Assembly (NCBI GenBank): GCA_965219505.1
Contig: OZ244775.1
Span: 2,077,418-2,141,417, forward strand
Direction: 5' to 3'
Source: Chloroflexota bacterium
Lineage (GTDB): Bacteria > Chloroflexota > UBA11872 > VXOZ01
DNA: 64,000 nucleotides
Shown here: positions 45,820-55,585 of the stretch, one piece after another
How positions within the stretch are numbered: position 1 is the first letter of the stretch
Layout: the number at the start of each line of letters is the position of its first letter
Translations under genes and position numbers: made by a program
The notes under the pieces: model-generated
Databases searched by the model: none
What the model was told of the DNA's origin: nothing
What the model saw: the letters and a program-made list of their open reading frames with translations, nothing else

Positions 45820-45852
45820 CGTCTGCAGGCGGGGGACAAGCCCCCGCGCTAC
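45820..45852 (+). repeat. Hairpin repeat family R4
   Basis: CGTCTGCAGGCGGGGGACAAGCCCCCGCGCTAC (stem GCGGGGG / CCCCCGC) lies within the 359-nt eda-kdgK spacer. Confidence 0.7.
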
Positions 45853-45971
45853 ACGGAAGCAGCCAATTCAATAAATTCATGCGGAAGGTTGCTGGTCGCA
45901 CGCTCTAGATTCCTCGCTGCGCTCGGAATGACATGAAATGAAGATTTCCCTTTGCCACGGCGGCATTGGGT

Positions 45972-46607
45972 TTACGCTAGATCTTCTACAAACCGCCTGG
46001 CGAAGGCCGTAAGGCCGGCATAATCACTAGCCGCAATGAGTGACGGCGGCATGAGGCCTGAGCCAAGCGCTACATTCGCCGCCCCTGCCTCCAAGTACGC
46101 GCGGTAGTTGTCCAGCCCGACACCGCCGGACGCAACGATTGGAATGCCGGGGAGCGGAACCAGCACTGACTTTATGTAGCTTGGCCCGCCGACGCTATCG
46201 ATTGGAAAGACCTTCACCATGTCTGATCCCGATTCGTGAACATCGAGGATCTCCGTGGGCGTCAGACCGGCCATAATGCAAGGCACGTCTGCCTCGTGCG
46301 CAAGCGCCACGAGCGCGGGACGGTGTACGGGGCCGACAATGAACTGTGCACCGGCCGCCAGCGCGGCTCTCGCCTGAACCCCGGTAGTCACGGTGCCTGC
46401 GCCCACGAGGCAGCGAGCGGGCCTCTGCGCTGCCACCGTAGCGATTACGGCTGCGGCATCCGGTACCGTAAACGTAATTTCAACGAGCCGAATGCCGGCG
46501 GCGTATAATGCTTGTGCCGTCTGCACTGCCTGCTCCGCGGTCTTGGTGCGCACCACGGCAGTTATCTTGGCCTCAAACAGTTCGTTTAGCAGTCCCGATC
46601 GGCTCAT
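45972..46607 (-). CDS. eda: KDPG / 4-hydroxy-2-oxoglutarate aldolase
   Basis: Contains VVRTKTAEQAV...GIRLVEITFTVPDA and the Schiff-base lysine context MVKVFPI. Confidence 0.85.
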   Translation of the reverse strand: MSRSGLLNELFEAKITAVVRTKTAEQAVQTAQALYAAGIRLVEITFTVPDAAAVIATVAAQRPARCLVGAGTVTTGVQARAALAAGAQFIVGPVHRPALVALAHEADVPCIMAGLTPTEILDVHESGSDMVKVFPIDSVGGPSYIKSVLVPLPGIPIVASGGVGLDNYRAYLEAGAANVALGSGLMPPSLIAASDYAGLTAFARRFVEDLA

Positions 46608-46868
46608 CGCATACTCCCCATGAGGATCTCCTGTCCTCCTTGATACTTGAGGAACACTGAATATTGCCAGTCAATCGCCAAGGCCAATGGCTAGAGCGTC
46701 CCTAAGGGTCTACGCGCTTGAGCTTAGAATCAATCTAGCATTACACTAGTATAGATGCTTGATCAACGCTCTCATACTACGACCGCTCGTTAGTCCAAGC
46801 AACGCTATTCCAAGTTATTCGGAACTACGCAAAGTAGCTGCTCTGCAAAGGTGCCACTGCAAATTCCC

Positions 46869-47831
46869 ATGCGTCTTGAAATCAACTCCATACGTTCACG
46901 GCTAGTTACACAATTGCGGTCGTGGCTCCCGGTGCCAACCGGCCTATGCTGGACAGCCCTGTGCATATTCCTTATCGCAGCCTGTGCTCAGGTAGGCTCC
47001 GAGGAAATGACGTTTGGGCGCAGCATCCCACCTGCAACAGCATTGCCTACACCTTCTGTTCCCACGCCAGTTCCAGCACCGCGTATTGAGCCAACGGCTG
47101 TTATACCGACGGTTGTCCCCTACGCCACGCCCGATCTAACCGGTCTCCCGCACGATGTCCTCATCAGCGAAGTTGTGCGTGGAAGTTCGGATATACCGGC
47201 GGTAGCGCTGACTCTCGACGGTGGCGCAGTTGCTGCCTACACTCCCGACATATTGAAAACTCTGCGCCAGCACGATGTGCAAATCACGATCTTCATAACC
47301 GGACAGTTCGCCGAACGCTACCCTGAACTCGTCCATGAGATGATCGCCGACGGGCATGAAATCGGTAACCACTCCTACGCGCACCCCGACTTTACCGAGC
47401 TGAACGATGACGTCATCCGTGCAGAGCTAGCCCGCACAGAGGAAATCATAAAGCACGTCGCGGGGGTAAGCACCAAGCCCTGGTTTCGCTTCCCATATGG
47501 CGCTCGCAACCACTACGTTCGCGATATCGTGGCCCGTGAAGGCTACCGTAGCGTATATTGGACAATCGACACCATCGACTGGCGCGAAGACGCGACGCCA
47601 GCCCTCATCATGCAGCGCATCCGCGACCGCCTCGAAAACGGTGTCATCATTCTCGCCCACCTTGGTAGCAAGCACACGATGGAAGCGCTCCCGGACATCT
47701 TGACCGAACTCAATGAGCAAGGCTACCGGGTCGTAAAGGTTTCTGAGCTTTTGTATCCACCGCCCCAGATACAACCTTCACCTACCATCGTCATTGAGCC
47801 GACACCGACTGTCGTGCTCTCCAGCCCTTGA
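46869..47831 (+). CDS. Polysaccharide deacetylase (CE4) lipoprotein
   Basis: Lipobox FLIAAC, a Pro-rich linker, and the CE4 motifs LTLDGG, GNHSYAHPD and RFPYGA. The ORF track offers GTG 46851; ATG 46869 is preferred. Confidence 0.8.
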   Translation: MRLEINSIRSRLVTQLRSWLPVPTGLCWTALCIFLIAACAQVGSEEMTFGRSIPPATALPTPSVPTPVPAPRIEPTAVIPTVVPYATPDLTGLPHDVLISEVVRGSSDIPAVALTLDGGAVAAYTPDILKTLRQHDVQITIFITGQFAERYPELVHEMIADGHEIGNHSYAHPDFTELNDDVIRAELARTEEIIKHVAGVSTKPWFRFPYGARNHYVRDIVAREGYRSVYWTIDTIDWREDATPALIMQRIRDRLENGVIILAHLGSKHTMEALPDILTELNEQGYRVVKVSELLYPPPQIQPSPTIVIEPTPTVVLSSP

Positions 47832-47856
47832 CAAGGGCATTAAACTACCATAGAAT
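47828..47856 (+). promoter_or_regulatory. Sigma-70-type promoter, TTGACA-17 nt-TAGAAT, for the trp leader
   Basis: Exact -35 at 47828-47833, overlapping the deacetylase stop codon. The -10 TAGAAT is at 47851-47856. Confidence 0.65.
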
Positions 47857-47869
47857 ACGACTTACAATT

Positions 47870-48195
47870 GAATATGATAAAGGCGATGATCAGGAAGAGT
47901 ACGCTGCTAAGGCGGCCTTCAGAGAGCCGGGGATTGGTGGGATCCCGGCGGTGCGCGGCCAGCGGAATGGGCCTGGGAGCTGTGATCCGAAAAGTGGCAG
48001 TGCTTCTGGCATACAATTGTTGTGTCGGTTGCAAGTGCTGCTAAGTAGGCGTCAACGGAACCTCTACCGTAGACTTTGAGGCAGGCATACAACTGCGCAG
48101 GCGGGGAGTGCTTGAGTAAATGAAGTGGGCTGCGTTGCAGCCAAGAAGGGTGGCACCGCGAGGCATTGTCTCGTCCCTTTTGGGACGAGATTTTT
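47870..48195 (+). promoter_or_regulatory. T-box riboswitch leader, Trp (UGG) specifier
   Basis: Elements seen: GATGA at 47885-47889, AGAGTA at 47896-47901, and the AG bay AGAGAG at 47921-47926. The distal loop TTGGTGGGA is at 47934-47942 and GAA-UGG-G at 47965-47971. The T-box sequence AAGGGTGGCACCGCG is at 48146-48160, directly before the terminator. Confidence 0.8.
48169..48195 (+). terminator. T-box leader intrinsic terminator
   Basis: TCTCGTCCC-TTTT-GGGACGAGA followed by TTTTT, 33 nt before the trpE ATG. Confidence 0.85.
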
Positions 48196-48227
48196 CATTT
48201 AAGCGTTAGCCTGAACAAGGGAAGACG

Positions 48228-49748
48228 ATGGCAGTTATGCAAACTACACCCGGCGTCGTATTCGCGGGCATTCAGCCGGAACTAAGTGCAGTCCATTCAC
48301 TCACGGCGCAGGGCCTGACGGTACCAATTTCGCGCACAATTCCCGCAGACCTAGAAACACCCGTCTCCGCCTACCTTAAGATCGCTCAAGGTAGCTACTC
48401 ATTCCTGCTCGAGAGCGTTCAAGGTAGCGAGAGCCTCGGGCGGTACTCTTTCATTGGCACGAGCCCGTCCACAATCATACGGATGGACAACGGTACGGCA
48501 GCCCGCGTGCAAAACGGCGAGAGCGAGAAATGCACGTACGCTGATCCACTGAAGTTACTGGAGGAGGAACTCGCCAAGACCGATCTCGCCGTAATGCCCG
48601 GTTTGCCCCGCTTCCAGGGCGGTGCTGTCGGCTATCTCAGTTACGAGACCGTGCGGTATTTTGAACCGCGCGTGCCGCTACCTGAGGAGAATTCGCTGCC
48701 CGTGCCCGAAGCGATCTTCATGTTCACGGATAGCCTGGTCATGTTCGACCACGTGAAGCACAGCCTAACCATAATTGCCTATGTTTCGCCCCACGGAGAT
48801 GTTGACGAGAACTATCAAAAGGCGGTCGCGGCAATAGAGGAGACCGACGCTCGGTTACAAACGGCGGTACCTTCAGTGCGCGGTGAGGGCGACTCCAGTG
48901 AGGCAATGCCGAGCAAGACCGAAGCTCAGCATCATGCAATGGTACGCACCGCCAAGGAGTATATCGCTGCAGGAGACATTATTCAGTCCGTCCTCGGTTT
49001 ACGCTGGTCCCGCTCCTTGGGGGTGCATCCTTACTCAGTCTACCGCGCGCTGCGCATGGTCAACCCATCACCGTACATGTACTACCTAGATTTGGACGAC
49101 GTGCAAATCGTTGGCGCTTCACCTGAGATGCTGGTACGCGTAGAAGGCTCCCACGCCACCACTCGCCCCATTGCCGGTACCCGCCGCCGCGGCAGCACAC
49201 CGGAGGAAGACGCGGCGCTGGCCGAGGAACTGCTTGCCAGCGAAAAGGAACGTGCCGAACACATCATGCTCGTGGACCTCGGCCGCAACGACTTAGGCCG
49301 CGTTTGCCGTCCCGGTTCCGTACATGTGCCTACCCTCATGGCGGTGGAGGAGTTTTCCCACGTGATGCACATCGTCTCTCAAGTCGAGGGGGAACTCTTG
49401 CCGGACAAGACGGCATTCGACGCGCTGCGCTCATGTTTTCCGGCAGGCACGCTCTCAGGCGCTCCCAAAGTGCGCGCCATGGAGATCATATCCGAGCTGG
49501 AAGGCACAACGCGGGGGCCCTACGGCGGGGCAGTCGGCTATTTCGACTATTCCGGCAACATGGACATGGCGATCACGATTCGCACTATGACTGTGCGGGA
49601 TGGTACGGCTTACATCCAGGCCGGCGGCGGTATCGTGGCGGACTCCGATCCCGAAGAGGAATACCAAGAGGTGTGCAACAAAGCCGCCTCGACAATGCGG
49701 GCAATTGACGTCGCGGAGGAGATGGAACGTGATCTACATGCTGGATAA
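48228..49748 (+). CDS. trpE: Anthranilate synthase component I
   Basis: Contains SFLLESV and [20 protein letters not shown]. Full length, 506 aa. Confidence 0.95.
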   Translation: MAVMQTTPGVVFAGIQPELSAVHSLTAQGLTVPISRTIPADLETPVSAYLKIAQGSYSFLLESVQGSESLGRYSFIGTSPSTIIRMDNGTAARVQNGESEKCTYADPLKLLEEELAKTDLAVMPGLPRFQGGAVGYLSYETVRYFEPRVPLPEENSLPVPEAIFMFTDSLVMFDHVKHSLTIIAYVSPHGDVDENYQKAVAAIEETDARLQTAVPSVRGEGDSSEAMPSKTEAQHHAMVRTAKEYIAAGDIIQSVLGLRWSRSLGVHPYSVYRALRMVNPSPYMYYLDLDDVQIVGASPEMLVRVEGSHATTRPIAGTRRRGSTPEEDAALAEELLASEKERAEHIMLVDLGRNDLGRVCRPGSVHVPTLMAVEEFSHVMHIVSQVEGELLPDKTAFDALRSCFPAGTLSGAPKVRAMEIISELEGTTRGPYGGAVGYFDYSGNMDMAITIRTMTVRDGTAYIQAGGGIVADSDPEEEYQEVCNKAASTMRAIDVAEEMERDLHAG

Positions 49749-50352
49749 TTACGACTCGTTTACCTACAATCTGGTGCAATATATGGGAGAACTCGGCGCC
49801 GACTTGGAAGTAGCGCGCAACGACAAGACCACTGTGGAAGCGGTGCTGGCGCGCCAGCCGGATGGCATTGTCATCTCTCCGGGCCCCTGCACGCCCAATG
49901 AAGCCGGCATCTCAAACGAGCTTATCGCGCAGGCCGCAGGCAAGGTACCGCTTCTCGGTGTCTGCCTTGGACACCAGTGCATCGGTCAGGTATTTGGCGG
50001 AAACGTGATTCGAGCCGATTCACTGATGCACGGGAAAACCTCAATGATCCACCATCACGGTAGTGACCTATTTGCGGGCCTAGAGAATCCCTTCGTCGCG
50101 ACACGCTACCATTCGTTGATCGTCGATCCCTCGCGTTTCCCAGATTCCCTCAACGTGACGGCACGGACTGAGGACGGCACGATCATGAGTGTGCGCCACC
50201 GGAACTACCCGATCTACGGCGTCCAGTTTCATCCTGAATCAATACTGACCGTCGAAGGCAAGAAGCTACTTCAGAACTTTCTCAATATCGTCGAGCAGCA
50301 CCGCGTGCAAGAAACCCAAGCGGCTTCCACGCACCAGGGGGCAGAGCAATGA
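49729..50352 (+). CDS. trpG: Anthranilate synthase component II (glutamine amidotransferase)
   Basis: Contains (V)[23 protein letters not shown] and [11 protein letters not shown] 49729 sits 8 nt after GGAGGA (49715-49720). The ORF-track start 49600 lies inside trpE and was rejected; ATG 49738 is an alternative. Confidence 0.9.
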   Translation: MIYMLDNYDSFTYNLVQYMGELGADLEVARNDKTTVEAVLARQPDGIVISPGPCTPNEAGISNELIAQAAGKVPLLGVCLGHQCIGQVFGGNVIRADSLMHGKTSMIHHHGSDLFAGLENPFVATRYHSLIVDPSRFPDSLNVTARTEDGTIMSVRHRNYPIYGVQFHPESILTVEGKKLLQNFLNIVEQHRVQETQAASTHQGAEQ

Positions 50353-51365
50353 TTCGCGAAGCAACGACCAAAGTGATCGAAGGCGAGTCGCTTACGCGTG
50401 ACGAATCGGCCGCGGCAATGACCGAGATAATGGAAGCCGCCTGCACTCCGGCACAGTTCGGCGCATTTGTCACCGCGCTCCGCGCCAAAGGCGAAACGGC
50501 CGACGAGATAGCCGGATGCCTCGCCGTCATGCGCGACAGAGCGGTGCCCGTTGCGGTCAGCCAGCCAGTTGCCGATACCTGCGGTACCGGCGGTGACGGA
50601 GTGGGAACCTTCAATATCTCCACTGCAGCGGCCTTCGTCTTGGCCGCAGCCGGCCAGCCCGTGGCAAAGCACGGCAACCGCGCCATGAGCAGCGCCTGCG
50701 GCAGCGCAGACGTGCTTGAGGCCCTCGGCGTGCGGATCGAGCTTGCCCCCGAGGCGGTGGCGCAGTGTATCGAGGAAGTCGGCATGGGGTTCATGTTCGC
50801 GCAGTCATACCATCCGGCCATGAAATTCGCCGCGCCGCTGCGCCGCGAAATTGGCATCCGCACGATCTTCAACATTCTCGGCCCGCTCACTAACCCCGCC
50901 CAGGCTAGCTATCGAGTGTTCGGCGTCGCCGATCCAGGAATTGCAGAAGACATCGCCCATGCGCTGGGGACACTCGGTGTGCGACGCGCACTGGTTGTGC
51001 ACGGTGAGGCCGACGGCGTGGACGAGATATCCATCAGCGGCCCCACGCTGGTAACCGAATGGGATGGCAATGACGTAAACAGCTACCGCCTGGAACCGGA
51101 CGACTTCGGCCTCGATAAAGCGCCCGTGAGTGAAATCATGGGCGGCTCGGTGGAGGAGAATGCGCAATACGTGCGTGACGTGTTGGCCGGCAAGCCGGGC
51201 CCGCGCCGCGACGTGGTCGTCATGAACGCCGCCGCCGGTCTTGTCGTAAGCGGTCGCGCTAGCGATTGGAAAGACGGCGCGCAGCAGGCCGCCGCCGCAA
51301 TTGACAGTGGGCAGGCCACCGCCAAGTTGGATTCGCTTGCCAGCCTAAGTCAGAGTCTCGCCTAG
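50349..51365 (+). CDS. trpD: Anthranilate phosphoribosyltransferase
   Basis: Contains [24 protein letters not shown] overlap with the trpG stop. Confidence 0.95.
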   Translation: MIREATTKVIEGESLTRDESAAAMTEIMEAACTPAQFGAFVTALRAKGETADEIAGCLAVMRDRAVPVAVSQPVADTCGTGGDGVGTFNISTAAAFVLAAAGQPVAKHGNRAMSSACGSADVLEALGVRIELAPEAVAQCIEEVGMGFMFAQSYHPAMKFAAPLRREIGIRTIFNILGPLTNPAQASYRVFGVADPGIAEDIAHALGTLGVRRALVVHGEADGVDEISISGPTLVTEWDGNDVNSYRLEPDDFGLDKAPVSEIMGGSVEENAQYVRDVLAGKPGPRRDVVVMNAAAGLVVSGRASDWKDGAQQAAAAIDSGQATAKLDSLASLSQSLA

Positions 51366-51376
51366 GAACAACGATC

Positions 51377-52207
51377 ATGATTCTCGATACTATCCTAGAA
51401 CACAAAGAGCGCGAGTTAGCGGAGCGCCAAGCTGCGGTGCCGCTGCGGGACCTAGCGCGAAAGGCTAAATCAGCGGACCCGCCCCGCGACTTTGCAGCCG
51501 CGCTGCGGCAAGACGGCATTTGCCTGATTGCCGAAATCAAACGCGCCTCGCCCTCGAAAGGCGTCTTTGCGCCCGATCTCGATCCAGCGGCACTTGCCCA
51601 AACCTACGAATCCGGTGGCGCCAGCGCTCTCTCCGTGCTCACGGACCAACGGTTCTTCCAGGGGTCGCTCGCTGATCTCACCGCCGCCCGCGCCGCCACG
51701 GCCCTGCCCGCACTGCGTAAAGACTTTACGACCGACGAGTACCACGTGGTAGAGGCCCGGGCCGCGGGCGCTGACGCAATCCTTCTCATCGTGGCCGCGC
51801 TTCAGACCGCGCGCATGCAGGAGTTACTGCGCTGCGCTGATGAGTGGGGCATGGCAACTATCGTGGAGGTACATACGGCGCAGGAAGTTGAACAGGCCCT
51901 AGCGGTAGATGCGGCCATCATCGGCGTCAACAACCGCAACCTGCACACCTTCGAGACGACGTTGGAGACAACTGCGGCACTCGGCAAGCTCATTCCCAGT
52001 GACAGCTTAGTAGTGAGTGAGAGCGGCATTCATACACTCGCAGACGTTGCGCAGCTTCGCGCCGAGGACGTTGACGCAATGCTGATCGGCGAAGCGTTGG
52101 TCACCGCTCACGATACGGCGGCCAAAGTAGCAGCGCTAGTCGCTGCCGCACAAGACTCACCCGTCACTCCGGCTTGCGCCGGAATCCAGTCCGGGAGCTC
52201 CACATGA
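51377..52207 (+). CDS. trpC: Indole-3-glycerol phosphate synthase
   Basis: Contains IAEIKRASPSKG and VLTDQRFFQGS. Confidence 0.95.
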   Translation: MILDTILEHKERELAERQAAVPLRDLARKAKSADPPRDFAAALRQDGICLIAEIKRASPSKGVFAPDLDPAALAQTYESGGASALSVLTDQRFFQGSLADLTAARAATALPALRKDFTTDEYHVVEARAAGADAILLIVAALQTARMQELLRCADEWGMATIVEVHTAQEVEQALAVDAAIIGVNNRNLHTFETTLETTAALGKLIPSDSLVVSESGIHTLADVAQLRAEDVDAMLIGEALVTAHDTAAKVAALVAAAQDSPVTPACAGIQSGSST

Positions 52208-52890
52208 CGCCGCCCCAAGCGCCTGCAAACCAGACTCCAGCGAGCGGTGCTGACGCGCCCAGAGTAAAGATCTGCGGCATTATGGCCTTGGCCGATGCGG
52301 AAGCAGCCGTGACGCATGGCGCGGACTTCTTGGGTTTCAACTTCGTGAAGGGCAGACGCCGGTGCATGACCGTGGAAACTACCCGGGCCATCATACACGC
52401 GCTCGGCTCCGCATGTCCTCCCGCCATGGGGATTTTCCTCAATGAGGATCTCGCAACGGTGCGCCACGTTATAAAGGAGGGCGGACTGCAATACGCGCAA
52501 TTGTGCGGCAGCGAGTCGCCTGACTATTGCTCAGAACTGAGTGCTCCATACTGGAAAGTCGTCAACCTGCATTCGGCGGCGGACTATGAGCGCATGCCTC
52601 CGTATACTGCGGCCGCAGCCTTCTTGCTGGAAGGGGCCGACAATGGACCGGGCGGCACCGGCCAGACCTGGGACTGGGAGCTTGCAAGCGGCGCGCCGCG
52701 AGACCGCCCATTCCTCATCGCAGGCGGTCTCACACCCGATAACGTCAGCGCCGCTATTTCGCAGGCGCGGCCCTGGGGAGTCGATGTGGCCAGCGGCGTG
52801 GAAACCTGCGGGAAAAAAGACCCGGACAAGATTGCGGCGTTCATCCGCCGAGCCAAAGTCAGTCCACCTTCACGCGAGGAAATTCTATGA
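52204..52890 (+). CDS. trpF: Phosphoribosylanthranilate isomerase
   Basis: Contains RVKICGI and FLIAGGLTPDNV. ATG 52204 overlaps the trpC stop (ATGA), with GGGAG 7 nt upstream. Confidence 0.9.
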   Translation: MTPPQAPANQTPASGADAPRVKICGIMALADAEAAVTHGADFLGFNFVKGRRRCMTVETTRAIIHALGSACPPAMGIFLNEDLATVRHVIKEGGLQYAQLCGSESPDYCSELSAPYWKVVNLHSAADYERMPPYTAAAAFLLEGADNGPGGTGQTWDWELASGAPRDRPFLIAGGLTPDNVSAAISQARPWGVDVASGVETCGKKDPDKIAAFIRRAKVSPPSREEIL

Positions 52891-53096
52891 AACGACTAGA
52901 GGAGTTAATACAGGAATTGCCTCCGGAATTGCAGCAAGAAGTCTACGACTTCGCACGCTTTCTACTGGAAACGAAAGCGCAGCCACGCCGCAAGGGCAAG
53001 CTACGCTTAACCTGGGCGGGAGCGCTGCGAGAGTATCGAGACCACTATACTTCGCTTGATCTCCAGCGCAATGCACTTGAATGGTGGGGAGACTAG
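52887..53096 (+). CDS. DUF2281-type antitoxin-like small protein (no cognate toxin gene present)
   Basis: ELPPELQQEVYDFARFLLE ... LTWAGALREYRDHYTSLDLQRNALEWW. ATGA overlap with the trpF stop. Confidence 0.7.
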   Translation: MKRLEELIQELPPELQQEVYDFARFLLETKAQPRRKGKLRLTWAGALREYRDHYTSLDLQRNALEWWGD

Positions 53097-53232
53097 AGCG
53101 TCTAGATTGTTGCTGACTTGCAATGCGAATGTATGCTTACGGGTCTCAACTTGAATTTCGATCCTACAAACCGAAGAAGAACAACCACTGACCAAACTAC
53201 CAAACCATTCTAATCAAGGAGGATAGAGAACT

Positions 53233-54303
53233 GTGGCACGACCACCACTCAAACGCATTCTCACCGGCATGCGCACCACTGGGGCGGCGCATCTCGGTCA
53301 CTACGCGGGTGCGCTGCGTAACTGGGTCGATATGCGAGGCGAGTACGAGTGCTACTTCTTGCTCGCCGACGTGCAGGCCTTTAGCACGCACTTCGATGAT
53401 CCCCACCGGATCGTCGATTCCGTATACGAAATGGTGCTCGACTGGCTTGCGGTCGGGCTCGATCCCACCAAGCAGTCGAACATATTCTTCGTTCTGCAGA
53501 GTCAGATACAGGACTTGACCGAATTAACAACCTATTTCTCGATGCTCACGCCGATGGCATACGTAGAGCGCAATCCCACCATCAAGAGCGAGCGAGCGCA
53601 ATACGGCGAACGCGCCGCTAACCTTGGCTTTTACAACTATCCGGTTTCCCAAGCCGCCGACGTCTTGCTCTTCACGCCGCCGCCGCCTCACACCGATGGG
53701 GACGAACTCTGCGTGCCGGTGGGCGAAGACCAACTGCCTCTGCTTGAGCTCACCAACGATATCGCCGGGTGGTTCAACCGCACCTACGACCGCGTCTTTC
53801 TCGAGTGCAACCACCGCTTGAGTGAGGTGCCGCGCCTCATGGGCACCGACGGCCAGGCCAAAATGAGCAAGAGCCTAGGGAACGTCATACTTCTTAGCGA
53901 CGACGCAGAGTCGGTTCAAAAGAAAGTCATGAGCATGTACACCGATCCCACCCGGCTCCGCGCCACCGACCCCGGCCACGTGGAAGGCAACCCGGTGTTC
54001 ATGTACCACGATGCCTTCAACCCGGATGTCGCCGAGGTAGACGAACTGAAAGACCGGTATCGCAAAGGTCGTGTCGGCGACGTAGAGGTAAAACGTAAGT
54101 TAGTTACCGCGCTCAATGCGATGCTCGATCCGATTCGGGAACGGCGTGAGGCCTTTGCTAAGGACCCCGACATCGTGCAAGAGGTGCTACGCGGCGGTAT
54201 TGCGCAAACACGCGACGTGGGCGGCGAAACCATGGATCACGTGCGCGCAGCCATGTACATCGATTATCCGAATCTTCTCGCACCTCAGACCGTTACGAGC
54301 TAA
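53233..54303 (+). CDS. trpS: Tryptophan--tRNA ligase
   Basis: HIGH-type motif [29 protein letters not shown], and KMSKS. GTG start 9 nt after AAGGAGGA. Confidence 0.9.
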   Translation: MARPPLKRILTGMRTTGAAHLGHYAGALRNWVDMRGEYECYFLLADVQAFSTHFDDPHRIVDSVYEMVLDWLAVGLDPTKQSNIFFVLQSQIQDLTELTTYFSMLTPMAYVERNPTIKSERAQYGERAANLGFYNYPVSQAADVLLFTPPPPHTDGDELCVPVGEDQLPLLELTNDIAGWFNRTYDRVFLECNHRLSEVPRLMGTDGQAKMSKSLGNVILLSDDAESVQKKVMSMYTDPTRLRATDPGHVEGNPVFMYHDAFNPDVAEVDELKDRYRKGRVGDVEVKRKLVTALNAMLDPIRERREAFAKDPDIVQEVLRGGIAQTRDVGGETMDHVRAAMYIDYPNLLAPQTVTS

Positions 54304-54385
54304 GCGCAAACGCACGCGCGAACAAGGATTTACCACTACTACGTACCTCGCACACGGGGTAAGGGATTGCAAAAGGAGCGCTCCC

Positions 54386-55585
54386 ATGGCAACAACACCA
54401 TCACTGACCGTACGGGGGCAGTTCGGTGACTACGGCGGTCGCTATGTTCCCGAGACCGTAATTCCAGCGCTCGAGGAATTAGAGGAAGCATACGCTAGCA
54501 TCACCGACGACGCTGAGTTCCAAAGCGAACTTAACGAATTACTGGACCACTACGTGGGACGCCCCACGCCGATTTATCACGCCGCCCGCTTGAGTGCGGA
54601 AATCGGCGGCGCGCAGATCTACCTAAAACGCGAAGACCTGGCGCATACCGGCGCACACAAAATCAATAACGCTCTCGGTCAGGCGTTGCTCGCGAAGCGC
54701 CTTGGACGCAGCCGCATCATCGCCGAAACCGGCGCCGGACAGCACGGCGTCGCCGCGGCCGCCGCGTGCGCCATGCTCGGCCTCGAGTGCATCGTCTACA
54801 TGGGCGAGGTTGACGTGCATCGCCAAACGCTAAACGTCTTCCGTATGAAGCTGCTCGGCACGACCGTCGTACCGGTATTATCCGGCAGCCGCACGCTTAA
54901 GGACGCCATCAACGAGACCATCCGCGACTGGGTCACCAACGTTGAGACCACGCACTATATCATAGGCTCCGTGGTGGGGCCGCACCCCTATCCGACAATT
55001 GTGCGCGACCTGCAAAGCATCATCGGCATAGAAGCGCGCGAACAGTGCTTGACACAACTTGGGCGCTTGCCCAACGACATAGTGGCATGCGTTGGCGGCG
55101 GCAGCAACGCCATGGGCATCTTCCATCCCTTTGTGGACGACACCGCGGTGCGACTGGTGGGCGTGGAAGCCGCCGGGCACGGCATCGCAAGCGGACAACA
55201 CGCGGCGACGCTGGTGGCAGGCACGCCCGGCACGCTCCACGGCGCGAAGAGCTACTTACTGCAGGACGACGAGGGCCAGATCTACGAACCCCATAGCATC
55301 TCCGCCGGGCTGGACTATCCCGGTGTCGGCCCCGAACACAGCTACCTGAAGGATATCGGACGAGCAGAGTACTATGGCGTGACTGATCAGGAAGCGCTGG
55401 AAGGCTTCCAGCTCCTGTGTAAGACTGAGGGCATCATCCCCGCACTGGAACCCGCCCACGCCGTGTATCACGCCGCACAGATGGCGCGAGACCTGCCCAA
55501 CGACCACATCATCCTGATCAATCTCTCCGGCCGGGGAGACAAAGACATGACCATCGTCGCTGAAGGACTGGGGGTGGCGCTGTGA
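54386..55585 (+). CDS. trpB: Tryptophan synthase beta chain
   Basis: Contains [15 protein letters not shown] and the PLP-lysine motif [16 protein letters not shown] 54386 follows an AAAAGGAG RBS. The ORF-track start 54116 overlaps trpS and was rejected. Confidence 0.95.
   Translation: MATTPSLTVRGQFGDYGGRYVPETVIPALEELEEAYASITDDAEFQSELNELLDHYVGRPTPIYHAARLSAEIGGAQIYLKREDLAHTGAHKINNALGQALLAKRLGRSRIIAETGAGQHGVAAAAACAMLGLECIVYMGEVDVHRQTLNVFRMKLLGTTVVPVLSGSRTLKDAINETIRDWVTNVETTHYIIGSVVGPHPYPTIVRDLQSIIGIEAREQCLTQLGRLPNDIVACVGGGSNAMGIFHPFVDDTAVRLVGVEAAGHGIASGQHAATLVAGTPGTLHGAKSYLLQDDEGQIYEPHSISAGLDYPGVGPEHSYLKDIGRAEYYGVTDQEALEGFQLLCKTEGIIPALEPAHAVYHAAQMARDLPNDHIILINLSGRGDKDMTIVAEGLGVAL

Noticed and set aside
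47828-48079. Two overlapping ORFs (83 aa on the plus strand, 64 aa on the minus strand) between the deacetylase gene and trpE.
   Set aside because: The region is fully explained by a promoter plus the T-box leader. The peptides are low-complexity and lack an RBS.
53097-53232. A remnant of a PIN/VapC toxin gene after the DUF2281 antitoxin-like gene.
   Set aside because: All three forward frames contain stops within a few codons, and none shows the LDTNV-type N-terminal motif. The 3' end of the segment is the trpS RBS.
54116-54385. The ORF-track N-terminal extension of trpB. Analogous extensions occur for trpG (49600-49728), trpF (52174-52203), the DUF4097 gene (1562-1627) and the 2Fe-2S subunit (24486-24503).
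   Set aside because: The extensions overlap the preceding gene in another frame and lack an RBS. Internal starts give canonical N-termini preceded by GGAG-type RBS or ATGA/GTGA coupling.
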